From a virus (Duplodnaviria > Caudoviricetes): a stretch of DNA of 64,000 bases. The notes under the pieces were generated by a model. That model made no database searches and was not told where the DNA came from. It saw only the letters and a program-made list of their open reading frames with translations. Position numbers and translations under genes: made by a program. The DNA lies in IMG/VR virus record IMGVR_UViG_3300035422_000096, positions 26,446-90,445 of that record; one strand, 5' to 3'. Shown here piece after piece: positions 17,783 to 27,397 of the stretch; position 1 is the first letter of the stretch, and the number at the start of each line of letters is the position of its first letter.

Positions 17783-19801
17783 TTATCCAATCTTCATGAA
17801 ATAAGTAGGTTCAGCTTTAATACAAGTCAATACAGCATTTCCAGTTTCATTTAGAAATCCATCATGTAAGTCTGGAACGGCAAAAGTGGAAACGCCATCC
17901 CCTCCAAAGTGGTTAGATGAACCAAACTGTGCTTCAAAATGCTCTGCTAAATATGGATATTCATCAATTTCGTATATAGATCCATCACAAATCAAATGAT
18001 GTACAGGAGCATTTACCCCCATATAATTAATTAAATTCCCTACTGGAGTATCCTCCAAAGAGTTTTCCTTTTCTGAATATCCCAAAGGGTCTATTATTAT
18101 TGGTCGTCCAATCTCTTTTACTGATAAAGAAGCTTGGTTTATACGTATTATTGTATTGCTGTTATTATCTATAGATTTAATCCATATTGTATCATTGGCT
18201 TCTGGTGTGTAAATACATGAAATAGAACATGGATTATTCCAAGTATCTGGATAATTGCCCGCTAATAAAACAAGCGAACTAGAAACCCTATTGTTTTTCT
18301 TGTCGCTAAATACTGCAATGGACAAATCTGAAACTATACTTGTTTTTGCATAAATATGAAGAACAATTTCATAAGTTTTTCCAGCCTTCAATGGAATTTT
18401 TTCATTTATCATTTGTATATTGCCATCAAACAATGTATTAAACGGAATCTTTTGCCCATAGGAAATGTTACAATCAATGCAAGGGGAAAAAGAGTTATTG
18501 ATAATATATTCTCCATATTCTAATTCTGTATTGACAAATTTTTCGTAACGTTTGATAGAAGAAAGCTGTTCCTCAATAGAAACAATTTTTTCGCTTTCAG
18601 AATTTACATATAACCCATCCTCTTTTTTCGTAACAGCATTGTTTTCTTCTACACTTATGGAAATATTATTGTCAATATATTTTTCCTGTTCTAATTTTTC
18701 AATTACTTTATTTGTAACTTCATTAATGTCAATATTGTTGCTTTGTTGACTATTTCCTTTATCAAAATAATTATTATACTTTATACAATATGAAACTGCC
18801 GTATTAGTTGGTCGTGTCATATATGCGGTTTCTGCTTTAGCGACAGAAAAATTACTAGCAGGAGAATATAAATTAATGGTAGCTGATGTTTGTATATTCC
18901 CATCTTTATTTTGTGGCATAAAATCTTCTGGATTTGTAGTTTGATTGTTGTAATAAGAAGCAAGGTACTTGTTATTTGAATCAATTCCAGAAAAAGGTAT
19001 TTGTGTAGGATTCTGATGTACACCAACTGCTGCACCTCTACCTGTATTTCTAGTAGCTGTACCACTACCACGTAAGAATTCACCTCTTAAATCAGGTACA
19101 GCAAATGTTGTAACTCCATCTCCGCCAAAAAAGTTCATAGAATCAAATTGCTTTAAGAAGTGTTTGGCGAGTTCTGGATAAGAATCAATATCATAAACAG
19201 TACCATCACAAATCAGATAATTATTTGGACAATCTTTCCCCATATAAGATATAATTGTACCTATTGGTATATTAGAAAAATTTCTACTATCTTCTAATTG
19301 TTCATTATTTTCTAGTTTGAAGAGACGTGATTCTATATCTGCAAACCAATTTTTTAAAGGTGGTTCTATATCTAAAAAATCTAAGGAATTTTCAACCTTA
19401 ATAGTAAATGGGATGGTTTTTAATGCGTAATTTTGTTCTGCTTCTGTTCCTAAAAAAACGATAGCAGCAGTAACAGTTCCGCTTTTATATGTAACTGAAT
19501 CAGATAATATCCATGAAAATCTTAAAAAATCATTGTTATATTGAGTATTCACTGAATCTTCTGTAAATGTGCCTATTTCGTTCTTAACTATAAATTTAAT
19601 ATTTTTAGTAAGTAAATCTACATTGTCATAATATCTCTTTATTTCAAATGTAATAATATTTGAATATGTATCACCACATACAATTTTACCGATGTTTTTT
19701 ATTTCTGGTACTTTTTCTGTGATTTTAACAATCTGGTGTTCATCAACCATAGAAGATTTTATGATATGACCTTCTAAGTCTACAAATGTTCTATTATCCA
19801 T
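17783..19801 (-). CDS. Tail fibre/baseplate-type protein: BppU-like N-terminus and two tail-collar domains
   Basis: PIGTIISYMG..YLICDG..FAVPDLRGEFLRG and a second PVGNLINYMG..LICDG..FAVPDL. Confidence 0.75.
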   Translation of the reverse strand: MDNRTFVDLEGHIIKSSMVDEHQIVKITEKVPEIKNIGKIVCGDTYSNIITFEIKRYYDNVDLLTKNIKFIVKNEIGTFTEDSVNTQYNNDFLRFSWILSDSVTYKSGTVTAAIVFLGTEAEQNYALKTIPFTIKVENSLDFLDIEPPLKNWFADIESRLFKLENNEQLEDSRNFSNIPIGTIISYMGKDCPNNYLICDGTVYDIDSYPELAKHFLKQFDSMNFFGGDGVTTFAVPDLRGEFLRGSGTATRNTGRGAAVGVHQNPTQIPFSGIDSNNKYLASYYNNQTTNPEDFMPQNKDGNIQTSATINLYSPASNFSVAKAETAYMTRPTNTAVSYCIKYNNYFDKGNSQQSNNIDINEVTNKVIEKLEQEKYIDNNISISVEENNAVTKKEDGLYVNSESEKIVSIEEQLSSIKRYEKFVNTELEYGEYIINNSFSPCIDCNISYGQKIPFNTLFDGNIQMINEKIPLKAGKTYEIVLHIYAKTSIVSDLSIAVFSDKKNNRVSSSLVLLAGNYPDTWNNPCSISCIYTPEANDTIWIKSIDNNSNTIIRINQASLSVKEIGRPIIIDPLGYSEKENSLEDTPVGNLINYMGVNAPVHHLICDGSIYEIDEYPYLAEHFEAQFGSSNHFGGDGVSTFAVPDLHDGFLNETGNAVLTCIKAEPTYFMKIG

Positions 19802-19873
19802 TTTGTAACCTCCTTCTTGTATTTTCGATTTATTTAGCAAACCGACCTAACATAGAAGTCGGTAAATATATAA

Positions 19874-19960
19874 CGGGAAGAGTAGGATTTGAACCTACGG
19901 TACATTTCTGTACACCAATTTAGCAAACTGGCACAATAAACCGAACTCTGACATCTTCCC
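19874..19960 (-). tRNA. tRNA-Ser(GCT)
   Basis: GGGAAGA/TCTTCCC acceptor, loop TT-GCT-AA, long variable arm, GGTTCAAATCC T arm; CCA not encoded. Confidence 0.9.
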
Positions 19961-20004
19961 AAGAGAATAGGAGAGTAGTGATTAACTCTCCATAATATAG
20001 ACAA

Positions 20005-20115
20005 TTATTCATTTGAATCAGAATCAAAAATCATATCTAAATTATAATCTTCAATGACAACAGGAATAATCTGCTTTCTATTATATGTATCAAGAAGGCT
20101 AATGTGATGTAGAAT
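20005..20115 (-). pseudogene. Start-less fragment resembling the C-terminus of ORF 22004..22309
   Basis: LLDTYNRKQIIPVVIEDYNLDMIFD versus LLKTYNLSQLKFVDVKEYGVDLLWD. Confidence 0.35.
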
Positions 20116-20117
20116 AT

Positions 20118-21776
20118 TTAAGATACTTCGTTTAATTTTATATAATCCTCATAATACATCCATTTTAGTCTTTCGCCTGTTATTGGGTGTTTTCCAGAAG
20201 TCTTACTTTCACCCCTACAACAAGCAGATAAAGATGATTTACTAACACCACACCATTTTGAAGCTGAAGATGTATCAAATACTTCTAAGGTATTTAGACA
20301 TATTAGTTGCTTAGATAATTTTGTCCATCTTTTATTGAGCCGTTGAATAATATAACAATCAATATCTATTTTATTTTTAATCAATTTGTTATAATCTTCT
20401 TTATACATCCATATTAAGTAATTACCAAATTCATCTATACCGCCTGTCATATAATTATTCTTACAACAACCACAAATTAGATTTATATTTATACCCGTTA
20501 ATTTAGAAGCATCAGAAATTGAACTATAAAGTTTTTTATTATTTAAACATACAACTTCTTTTTCAATAGTGGAATATCTTTCTTCAACCGGGTTATAATC
20601 ACATAATCCAATTTGAGAACCAAATTTCAAATAGTTATATATGGTAAATCTATTTATTTTAGTTATTTTTGAAATTTCTGGTAATATCTTTGTCTTATGC
20701 ATGTAAACATCACATACTTCTTTAATTTTACTTGAACATGCATTTTTATTTATTTTATAACTGTTTAAACTATCAAAATCCATCATCTCTGATAACTTGC
20801 TGTTTTTTAAAGAATTTAATATATAGGTGTATTCACTACGACAACAATTTATTCTAATTATTTCACATCCATTTTCTGAAGCAAGTTTATCTTTTAATCT
20901 GTCAATTTCTTGTCGCTGTTCTAATGTATATTCATAATCCCTATTTGTTTTTTTATAATGAAATCCACCATCCATCTCTATAATATATTTTTTATTATTA
21001 TGTACAAAATAAAAATCATATTCTGGATGATAGGGATTATTATTGTAATAAAAAAATTGATTTTCAAAAGAAAAATGATATGTATATGGAATGTTGAAAT
21101 GTGTTAGTATGGCATTCATTAGTTTCTCTGGGTAACTGAATCCATCATTACAAAAAGGACAGTATACAATATTATAAGTACTTACATTATAAATACTTTT
21201 CCCATGAACAACAGAACCACAACATTGACACAACCAAGATGTTTTATGTTTTGACGAAGGCCAATACTTATAACCTTCATTTTTATCATATAGCATCTGT
21301 GCGATGTCGGGACGCTTACTCCATAAATCATTGACACCTACCATTAATATACGGTTACAACAGACAGGACATTTGGAATTATTTTTTAACATTATTTCTG
21401 TGATTTCATAACAGTAATTATCTTTTACACATTTTACTTTATATCTTTTTTCATATGTGCCATTCTTTTTAGGACTTTTAATTTGCTCTAATATAATTCT
21501 TTCATTTATAATATCACCAACACAATATCGAAAACCATAATGTGTGGTATCAATTATTTTTCCAATTTGCCCATTCAATAATGCACCTTTTGTTAAAACA
21601 TATTTTTTATCATTATATTCAACTTTAATATAATTTTTATTTATAGTTTCTAAATATGTTAATGTATAAATGATATTATCATATTTAACTCGAAAATTTA
21701 CATTTATTGATTTCTGCCAATCTATCCTATTATATTTTAAAACAAAGTCTTCTTTAAATAATTTCTTTTGAATCAT
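20118..21776 (-). CDS. Zinc-ribbon EDxHD-type endonuclease with C-terminal NUMOD1-like repeats
   Basis: CxxC pairs, SYPEK..YDFY..IIEMDGGFHY, two VxCLN..SASK repeats. Confidence 0.7.
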   Translation of the reverse strand: MIQKKLFKEDFVLKYNRIDWQKSINVNFRVKYDNIIYTLTYLETINKNYIKVEYNDKKYVLTKGALLNGQIGKIIDTTHYGFRYCVGDIINERIILEQIKSPKKNGTYEKRYKVKCVKDNYCYEITEIMLKNNSKCPVCCNRILMVGVNDLWSKRPDIAQMLYDKNEGYKYWPSSKHKTSWLCQCCGSVVHGKSIYNVSTYNIVYCPFCNDGFSYPEKLMNAILTHFNIPYTYHFSFENQFFYYNNNPYHPEYDFYFVHNNKKYIIEMDGGFHYKKTNRDYEYTLEQRQEIDRLKDKLASENGCEIIRINCCRSEYTYILNSLKNSKLSEMMDFDSLNSYKINKNACSSKIKEVCDVYMHKTKILPEISKITKINRFTIYNYLKFGSQIGLCDYNPVEERYSTIEKEVVCLNNKKLYSSISDASKLTGININLICGCCKNNYMTGGIDEFGNYLIWMYKEDYNKLIKNKIDIDCYIIQRLNKRWTKLSKQLICLNTLEVFDTSSASKWCGVSKSSLSACCRGESKTSGKHPITGERLKWMYYEDYIKLNEVS

Positions 21777-21806
21777 TTTTCGCTACTCCTTAATTCATTT
21801 ACTTAT

Positions 21807-21986
21807 TTATTCTCTGTTTGAATAATAATCAACTAATAATTCAAACAGTCTTTTTTCCTTTTTGAATTTCCAAGTTGTTATTCCATTAATATCAGTTTTT
21901 GCAAATAGAAAAGAGATGCCATTATCAATCAGATAAAACATCTCTTTTCTATCTTGAGTGCCGTATTCTCTATCAATTTTTTTCAA
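21807..21986 (-). CDS. Small phage protein (59 aa, DUF5659-like)
   Basis: TTG start behind AAGGAG: MKKIDREYGTQDRKEMFYLIDNGISFLFAKTDINGITTWKFKKEKRLFELLVDYYSNRE; not in the ORF track. Confidence 0.65.
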   Translation of the reverse strand: MKKIDREYGTQDRKEMFYLIDNGISFLFAKTDINGITTWKFKKEKRLFELLVDYYSNRE

Positions 21987-22003
21987 AATACAATATTACT
22001 CCT

Positions 22004-22309
22004 TTATTCGATTTTATCCAAATCCCAAAGTAAATCTACACCATACTCCTTTACATCCACAAACTTTAATTGAGATAAGTTATATGTTTTTAAAAGTTCA
22101 ACACATTTTTTCTCATATTCAACTGGGTCAGACTCCTCAAAAATTACACTTGAATATGTACCAAGTCCAATTTCTGTATAAACATTTTTAATTTCATGAG
22201 TATCTGGGTCTTCAACTTCTTCGGTTCTTGTTTCAGTATCTTCTTTTTTTATCTTTAAAAAATTCCATTTTTGTTTATCCTTTTCATCTTGAATTAACAC
22301 ACTTAACAT
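22004..22309 (-). CDS. Hypothetical protein
   Basis: RBS GAGGAG, 101 aa. Confidence 0.7.
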   Translation of the reverse strand: MLSVLIQDEKDKQKWNFLKIKKEDTETRTEEVEDPDTHEIKNVYTEIGLGTYSSVIFEESDPVEYEKKCVELLKTYNLSQLKFVDVKEYGVDLLWDLDKIE

Positions 22310-22325
22310 ATATCATACATCTCCT

Positions 22326-22775
22326 CTAAATTACAGTTTCAACAGTGCCTTCAATATTAGCAGCATTTTGTTTTCTTGCCTCGTCTACAAGTTCTTGGAT
22401 TTTTGATTCGACTTTATCCACCCAGATAAGAGCTTTTGCTTTACTTAAAATTTCTATATTTGGAATAGCGGTTGTTAATTCTTTAATAGACATTTTATTA
22501 CTGTCTAATTCCAGAACAAGATTAAGATTTTCATCAACAACAAAAGATTTATCTACAAGTTTAAGTGTTACTGTTTCTCCATCAGGATCGTCATCGGATA
22601 CAATTTCTGGCATACTATTTGTTACTTTAATATTTGCAGAAAAATCAATATCACCATATTTAAGTGTCTTAGTGTAATCATGCAATGCTTCTTTTGTCTC
22701 ATCGGCAATTTCTACACATACAATGCTTGCTGTTATCACATCATGTTCAGTATCAATACTCCTTGCTAATTTCAT
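22326..22775 (-). CDS. Hypothetical acidic protein
   Basis: RBS AAGGAG, 149 aa. Confidence 0.7.
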   Translation of the reverse strand: MKLARSIDTEHDVITASIVCVEIADETKEALHDYTKTLKYGDIDFSANIKVTNSMPEIVSDDDPDGETVTLKLVDKSFVVDENLNLVLELDSNKMSIKELTTAIPNIEILSKAKALIWVDKVESKIQELVDEARKQNAANIEGTVETVI

Positions 22776-22788
22776 ATTTTTCTCCTTT

Positions 22789-23058
22789 TTATTTTAATGA
22801 ATTATGTAATTTGTTAAGACCAATAATAAAGTTTCTTAGAGTTTCTTTATTAATTGCACATTGTAATTGTGGGATATCTGCTAGGACTGTATCACGGACT
22901 ACTAAATTCATTACATTTAATTTTTCATCTACCATCATTTCGGCTTTTGTTTGATCGCCAAGCAGTATCTCTATGGATTGGACAGTTTGTCCAGAATCTT
23001 TGGTTATCATACGTACTTGGCCTGGCTCTAACTGAAAATTATCCAAATTTAGCTGCAT
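22789..23058 (-). CDS. Hypothetical protein
   Basis: RBS GGTAGGTG, 89 aa. Confidence 0.7.
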   Translation of the reverse strand: MQLNLDNFQLEPGQVRMITKDSGQTVQSIEILLGDQTKAEMMVDEKLNVMNLVVRDTVLADIPQLQCAINKETLRNFIIGLNKLHNSLK

Positions 23059-23099
23059 TAATTCACCTACCTTCTTTATATATTTCCAATTTTATACAG

Positions 23100-23181
23100 T
23101 GGGTAAGAGAGGACTCGAACCTCTGGTGTTTCTTTGTGGGGCATTTACAGTACCTTGCATTCGCCACTATGCTACTTACCC
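23100..23181 (-). tRNA. tRNA-Tyr(GTA)
   Basis: GGGTAAG/CTTACCC acceptor, loop CT-GTA-AA, long variable region, GGTTCGAGTCC T arm; A27-C43 mismatch. Confidence 0.85.
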
Positions 23182-23355
23182 ATGAAAAATAGGAGAGTAT
23201 AGAAAACTCTCCTGATATGTTCTGTCTTTTCAGAATGTCGGATCAGAACATCAATCATTCGATATAAAAATTATCATTAACGCAGATGTCACGAACCTCT
23301 CAACACTTTCCTTGGCAGTTGTCAGCCTATTATAGTTTTGATTGTTACTATTTAA

Positions 23356-23384
23356 TTGACAATATATGGGATATTTTGTAGAAT
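23356..23384 (+). promoter_or_regulatory. Toxin mRNA promoter
   Basis: TTGACA-17 nt-TAGAAT. Confidence 0.75.
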
Positions 23385-23514
23385 AATAAGTGCAAGCAGC
23401 GTCCAACGTTTCATTTTGGCTAGATGGACGGTTAGGCGGTTGAGTCACGTCGGAACAGCGATGTTCTGTTTATCGGATAGATACCCTTGCTAAGAAAGGA
23501 GGGTGATAGAAGAA

Positions 23515-23634
23515 GTGACAATTTGTGAACTAATTGTAATACCGTTAGTTATTGGCATTGTAAGCGGAGTAGTATCAGCTTACATAGTCAAGTTCCTTGA
23601 TAAAAGGCACAAAAATAACCGCCATGAGAAGTAA
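23515..23634 (+). CDS. Fst-family type I toxin (39 aa)
   Basis: MTICELIVIPLVIGIVSGVVSAYIVKFLDKRHKNNRHEK: one TM helix with P-x-x-x-G and a charged tail; RBS AAGGAGGG; not in the ORF track. Confidence 0.8.
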   Translation: MTICELIVIPLVIGIVSGVVSAYIVKFLDKRHKNNRHEK

Positions 23635-23740
23635 AGCGGTTACTTTTGTGTTAATATTCATTTATTAGCCATAACCAACCAAATTACGGCTCAACCGTCT
23701 AACGGATGCTGTTTGTTTTATTTATAGAGTCTTTTCTATA
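23600..23740 (-). ncRNA. Convergent antisense antitoxin RNA (RNAII-like)
   Basis: Leftward promoter TTGACA-17-TAAGAT at 23747-23775 and a 14/15-bp inverted repeat at 23608-23650 usable as a bidirectional terminator. Confidence 0.65.
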
Positions 23741-23876
23741 CTCATTATCTTAAATCAATTCCAGTATAATGTCAACTGGTTTATCGGTATATAATTCTTT
23801 ATAATGCCATGTATCTCTATATATTTTAATACATTGCAAATAGAATGTCCACTTGAAATTGTAGTTTCAAAGTGAT

Positions 23877-24899
23877 TTATACAAAAGCATCATCTGCATC
23901 TTCTTCATCTTCTCGCACAACATATATTTTTGTCGTTTCACTACTTTCATGTCCTAATAATTTTTGAGCTGTTTCTATAGATCTGTTTTGATAACATACA
24001 AGATTAGTTGCCCGTGAAGCTCTAAAAATATGTGGATTTATTCTACGTCCCATTATTTGAGTAAATAACCCTTGACACCATCCATTAAATGTGTCTTCTC
24101 CTACTTGGCGAACATCACCATTTGAGTGTTTTATTACAAACATATAAGGACAATCATCATCGCCACGTACTTCTAACCACTTGTCTAAGAATCTCTTTAC
24201 ATCTTCTCCGAATTGCAACTTACGAACTTTCCCTTGGCGACTACGTCCCTTACAACGAATATCATGTGTTTTATACGAAACGGATTCTACTTCGTGTTCA
24301 ATTCCTTCTTCATCAGTAATTGTAATCATCTTTCTCTTTGGTTCATAATTCACAACCTCTTTAAGAAGCTGCCTGGCTTCAGCCCTACGACAGCCTGTTG
24401 AATATGTAAACTTAACATATGCCAATTTTTCCCATTCTTCACGCTTTTCTAATTCTTCACAAAGATAATTAATTTCATCAGGAGTAAGAGGAATTTTTTC
24501 ATGAACTTTTCCTGTTAATGCTATCCTTTGCTCTGTTGTCACATAATTCCGGAATAAAGGATATTCTTCCTCATAAAATGACTCTATAAATTTATTAAAT
24601 GCACTAACAGACGATTTTTTAAATTTCATAGCAGAATCAGAAAGCCCACGATTATTTAACCAATTCAGATATCTAAGAAATTCTTTTTTCTTAATTTCTG
24701 TACAATTCTTATCTCTTAGATTCTCATGCACCCACCAAAAGTAAATTTTTAATGCGCTGGTATAACCAATCAAACTTTTTGGAGATAAATGAGTTTGATT
24801 ACTGAGGTAATCAGCGACCATATCTCTGTTAAATTTATTTACTTGCGACCACATTTCATCAGTTATTTCATCAGATCGTTTAGCGATTTCTTCACCCAA
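23877..24899 (-). CDS. Tyrosine recombinase (phage integrase family)
   Basis: Complete R-K-H-R-H-Y set: CRRAE, KGR, HIFR, LGH, TKIY; TTG start behind GAAAGGAAG. Confidence 0.9.
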   Translation of the reverse strand: MGEEIAKRSDEITDEMWSQVNKFNRDMVADYLSNQTHLSPKSLIGYTSALKIYFWWVHENLRDKNCTEIKKKEFLRYLNWLNNRGLSDSAMKFKKSSVSAFNKFIESFYEEEYPLFRNYVTTEQRIALTGKVHEKIPLTPDEINYLCEELEKREEWEKLAYVKFTYSTGCRRAEARQLLKEVVNYEPKRKMITITDEEGIEHEVESVSYKTHDIRCKGRSRQGKVRKLQFGEDVKRFLDKWLEVRGDDDCPYMFVIKHSNGDVRQVGEDTFNGWCQGLFTQIMGRRINPHIFRASRATNLVCYQNRSIETAQKLLGHESSETTKIYVVREDEEDADDAFV

Positions 24900-25103
24900 T
24901 AATCTCACTTCCTTTCATTACAAAATAATAAAAAAGACTTGCCACCTAGAGATAAGGAATATCCTTGTAATTCTCTTTATCTGTCTAACTGACAGACCAT
25001 AAATTATTTACATTACATATTTCTCCAAACAAATAAGGCTCACACTCATTTTTTTGAGTGCAAGCCTTTCAAAAGCTTTGCTCAAATATCAGATACTATA
25101 AAT

Positions 25104-25250
25104 TTAATTTTCCAACTTTTCCATCAACTCTCTCACAGTAATTTCCTCTCCAATAGATACACACTCATCTAAGCGATAGAAAAGTAGTTCTTTGAGGATT
25201 GTTAATTCATCGTCTATGAGGTCTACGGATTTTACAATTTCATTATACAA
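25104..25250 (-). CDS. Small acidic protein (48 aa)
   Basis: TTG start behind GGTGGTG: MYNEIVKSVDLIDDELTILKELLFYRLDECVSIGEEITVRELMEKLEN. Confidence 0.5.
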   Translation of the reverse strand: MYNEIVKSVDLIDDELTILKELLFYRLDECVSIGEEITVRELMEKLEN

Positions 25251-25270
25251 TAGTGTCACCACCGATCAGA

Positions 25271-25546
25271 TTAAGCTTTTATAGCATCCTTTAAAGCCTT
25301 GCCAGCCTTAAACTTGGGAGATTTAGAAGCCTGGATCTGAATGGATTCACCTGTTTGTGGGTTTCTGCCAGTTCTAGCAGCACGTTCTACAACCTCAAAA
25401 GTTCCGAAACCTGTAATGGAAACTTTATCTCCATCAACCAATGTATCAGCAATAATATTAGTAAAGGCATTCAGTGCCTTTTCAGCATCCTTTTTAGAAA
25501 TTTCAGCCTTTTCAGCCATACCTGTGATCAATTCTATTTTATTCAT
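25271..25546 (-). CDS. hup: HU histone-like DNA-binding protein
   Basis: MNKIELI..GFGTFEV..RAARTGRNPQTGE..PKFKAGKALKDA. Confidence 0.95.
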   Translation of the reverse strand: MNKIELITGMAEKAEISKKDAEKALNAFTNIIADTLVDGDKVSITGFGTFEVVERAARTGRNPQTGESIQIQASKSPKFKAGKALKDAIKA

Positions 25547-25839
25547 ATAATTTTTTATTCCTTTCAATTTTCAATCTTTTTTAAAAGTGAAATAGCGGCA
25601 CCAACAATTCCCTATCTCCGAGCCGTCTATTAATTTGGGTGTAGTACGACTAATGACCACCTCTGCCAGTTGGAATTAATGTGATATGATATAGTAGTGA
25701 CGCTATATCGTTTCGTCAAAACGGACTACTCAAAAGTAGAAGAGTAGTCCTGTTTTCCATAGTCACTTATGTGCATATAATATAAAAACTGTGTCACTCG
25801 TACACAGTCTACTTTGTCATGAAATTAGTATTCTATTTG

Positions 25840-27057
25840 TTAATCTAATGAAACAGGATAACAAGACTTTATCCCATCACGATCAATTACGCAAACCATT
25901 TGTGAAGGCTTTCCACTAAGTCTCTTAGAAATGGTATAATCATCAGTGGTTCCGCTAAAACTGCCACTTCTAATAATTTTTACGTTTGCAATATCATCAT
26001 ATGAACATCTATGTAAATGCCCATAAAAGATTCCTTTTGGTTTGAAATTAAGCATCATAACCAATTTAGATACGCCAGTCTCAGAATAACTATCCCAATC
26101 CCCATGTACTAAAAGATATTCATTTCCACGAATAACACAAGTAGCAATAGTAGAATCATAATTTTCACTATCAATAAAAACTACATTCTGTAAATGATTT
26201 AATTTTGCTTTCATATACCAAGGGATAAGATTATCCAATCGGTTTCCTCTAAGAACCTGATCCTTAAATGAAGTTCTTGAATGATTTCCAGCTACACCAT
26301 TTATATATACGCTTCTAAAATGTTTACTCAATTCATAAATAAATGCAGAAATTAATTCCGCACTCTTTTGGATTTGATCAGTGACATTTTCTCTATTTTC
26401 CAATTGCGTTGTAAAATGGATTTCGCCATTAAGAATATCACCTAATATACCAACATACGCATTTTCCGACTTGTGTATAGTTTGTATTTCAATTATTTTT
26501 GAGAAATACTGAGATAATCTATTAGCAGCAATGTCGGAATTATATTTTCCGAAATAATTATCTGTGTCAATTCCTAAATGAAAATCAGATAAACAGATAA
26601 ATAAATCATTGTCAGCAGATGCAATAAAATTATTCACTGGTGGAAGAGTGGTAGAACCATTCTTTTTGATTAGGCGTTCTAATTTGGATAAATCTTCTTC
26701 AATTCTTGCATTTTCACGTAATGTTTTATTTAGGGCTGTACGCTCATCAAAAAGTTTTTGCTTTTCCTTCCTTATATCTTGTTTCTGAATCTGTAACTCT
26801 TTAAAATAAGAATCTTCATCTTTACAAGTCTTAAAAGCGTTGGCATCTAAATATCTTTTTGCTTGCTGATAGGGCTTTCTATAAGCTGCCTCGCTCCTGT
26901 ACTCAGATTCGTCAGACCTAAATTCTGAATTTATAATTGCAGCTATTTCTTCCCATTTCATGTCAAGAGTACCAGCATCTTTAGCAGAACCAAGTCTAAA
27001 TATAAACTGTTCCTCATTTTCATTCTCTAATCTATGTAAGTCAATAATAGTAGTCAC
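25840..27057 (-). CDS. Calcineurin-like metallophosphoesterase (SPbeta YonJ-like position)
   Basis: LSDFHLG, GDILNG, AGNHSR, VHGD, YGHLH motifs. Confidence 0.8.
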   Translation of the reverse strand: MTTIIDLHRLENENEEQFIFRLGSAKDAGTLDMKWEEIAAIINSEFRSDESEYRSEAAYRKPYQQAKRYLDANAFKTCKDEDSYFKELQIQKQDIRKEKQKLFDERTALNKTLRENARIEEDLSKLERLIKKNGSTTLPPVNNFIASADNDLFICLSDFHLGIDTDNYFGKYNSDIAANRLSQYFSKIIEIQTIHKSENAYVGILGDILNGEIHFTTQLENRENVTDQIQKSAELISAFIYELSKHFRSVYINGVAGNHSRTSFKDQVLRGNRLDNLIPWYMKAKLNHLQNVVFIDSENYDSTIATCVIRGNEYLLVHGDWDSYSETGVSKLVMMLNFKPKGIFYGHLHRCSYDDIANVKIIRSGSFSGTTDDYTISKRLSGKPSQMVCVIDRDGIKSCYPVSLD

Positions 27058-27063
27058 CTACTT

Positions 27064-27276
27064 TCATTCTTCATCAAACATCGAACTAGAAATTGGAGCA
27101 GCTCCACCCAATTTAAGATCAATAGCCTGTCCAACATACTGTTTAAACATATTTACAATACTAATAGGAGCGTCAAATGCTTCCTCATTCACTAAAACTA
27201 ATTCGCCATTGATTTCCTCAACTCTTGCACCTACAATATTTTCAATTGTTTGATGTGTATTATCTAATTTTGCCAT
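27064..27276 (-). CDS. Small protein (YonK-like by size and position)
   Basis: 70 aa directly upstream of the phosphoesterase; RBS GAAAGG. Confidence 0.55.
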   Translation of the reverse strand: MAKLDNTHQTIENIVGARVEEINGELVLVNEEAFDAPISIVNMFKQYVGQAIDLKLGGAAPISSSMFDEE

Positions 27277-27397
27277 TTAAAATATTCCTTTCATATATTA
27301 ATTTTATATTTCTAAACTTTTATTTTTTCAAATTGTTTGGCTATTATCGGAGAGCCTTGCTACGGAGGACTGTTTGTACAAAACAGACAAAATGAAT

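Noticed and set aside
17783-19801. Diversity-generating retroelement acting on the tail-collar gene
   Set aside because: The two collar domains are similar only at protein level; no adenine-specific TR/VR pair and no reverse transcriptase in the window
23215-23470. RNase P- or tmRNA-like RNA suggested by repeated CAGAACAT/ATGTTCTG and AGGAAAGT
   Set aside because: Conserved regions are in the wrong order and incomplete; the right part is explained by the Fst promoter and leader
23877-24899. Prophage boundary or att site at the tyrosine recombinase
   Set aside because: Phage genes continue on both sides, with no host genes or duplicated att core visible
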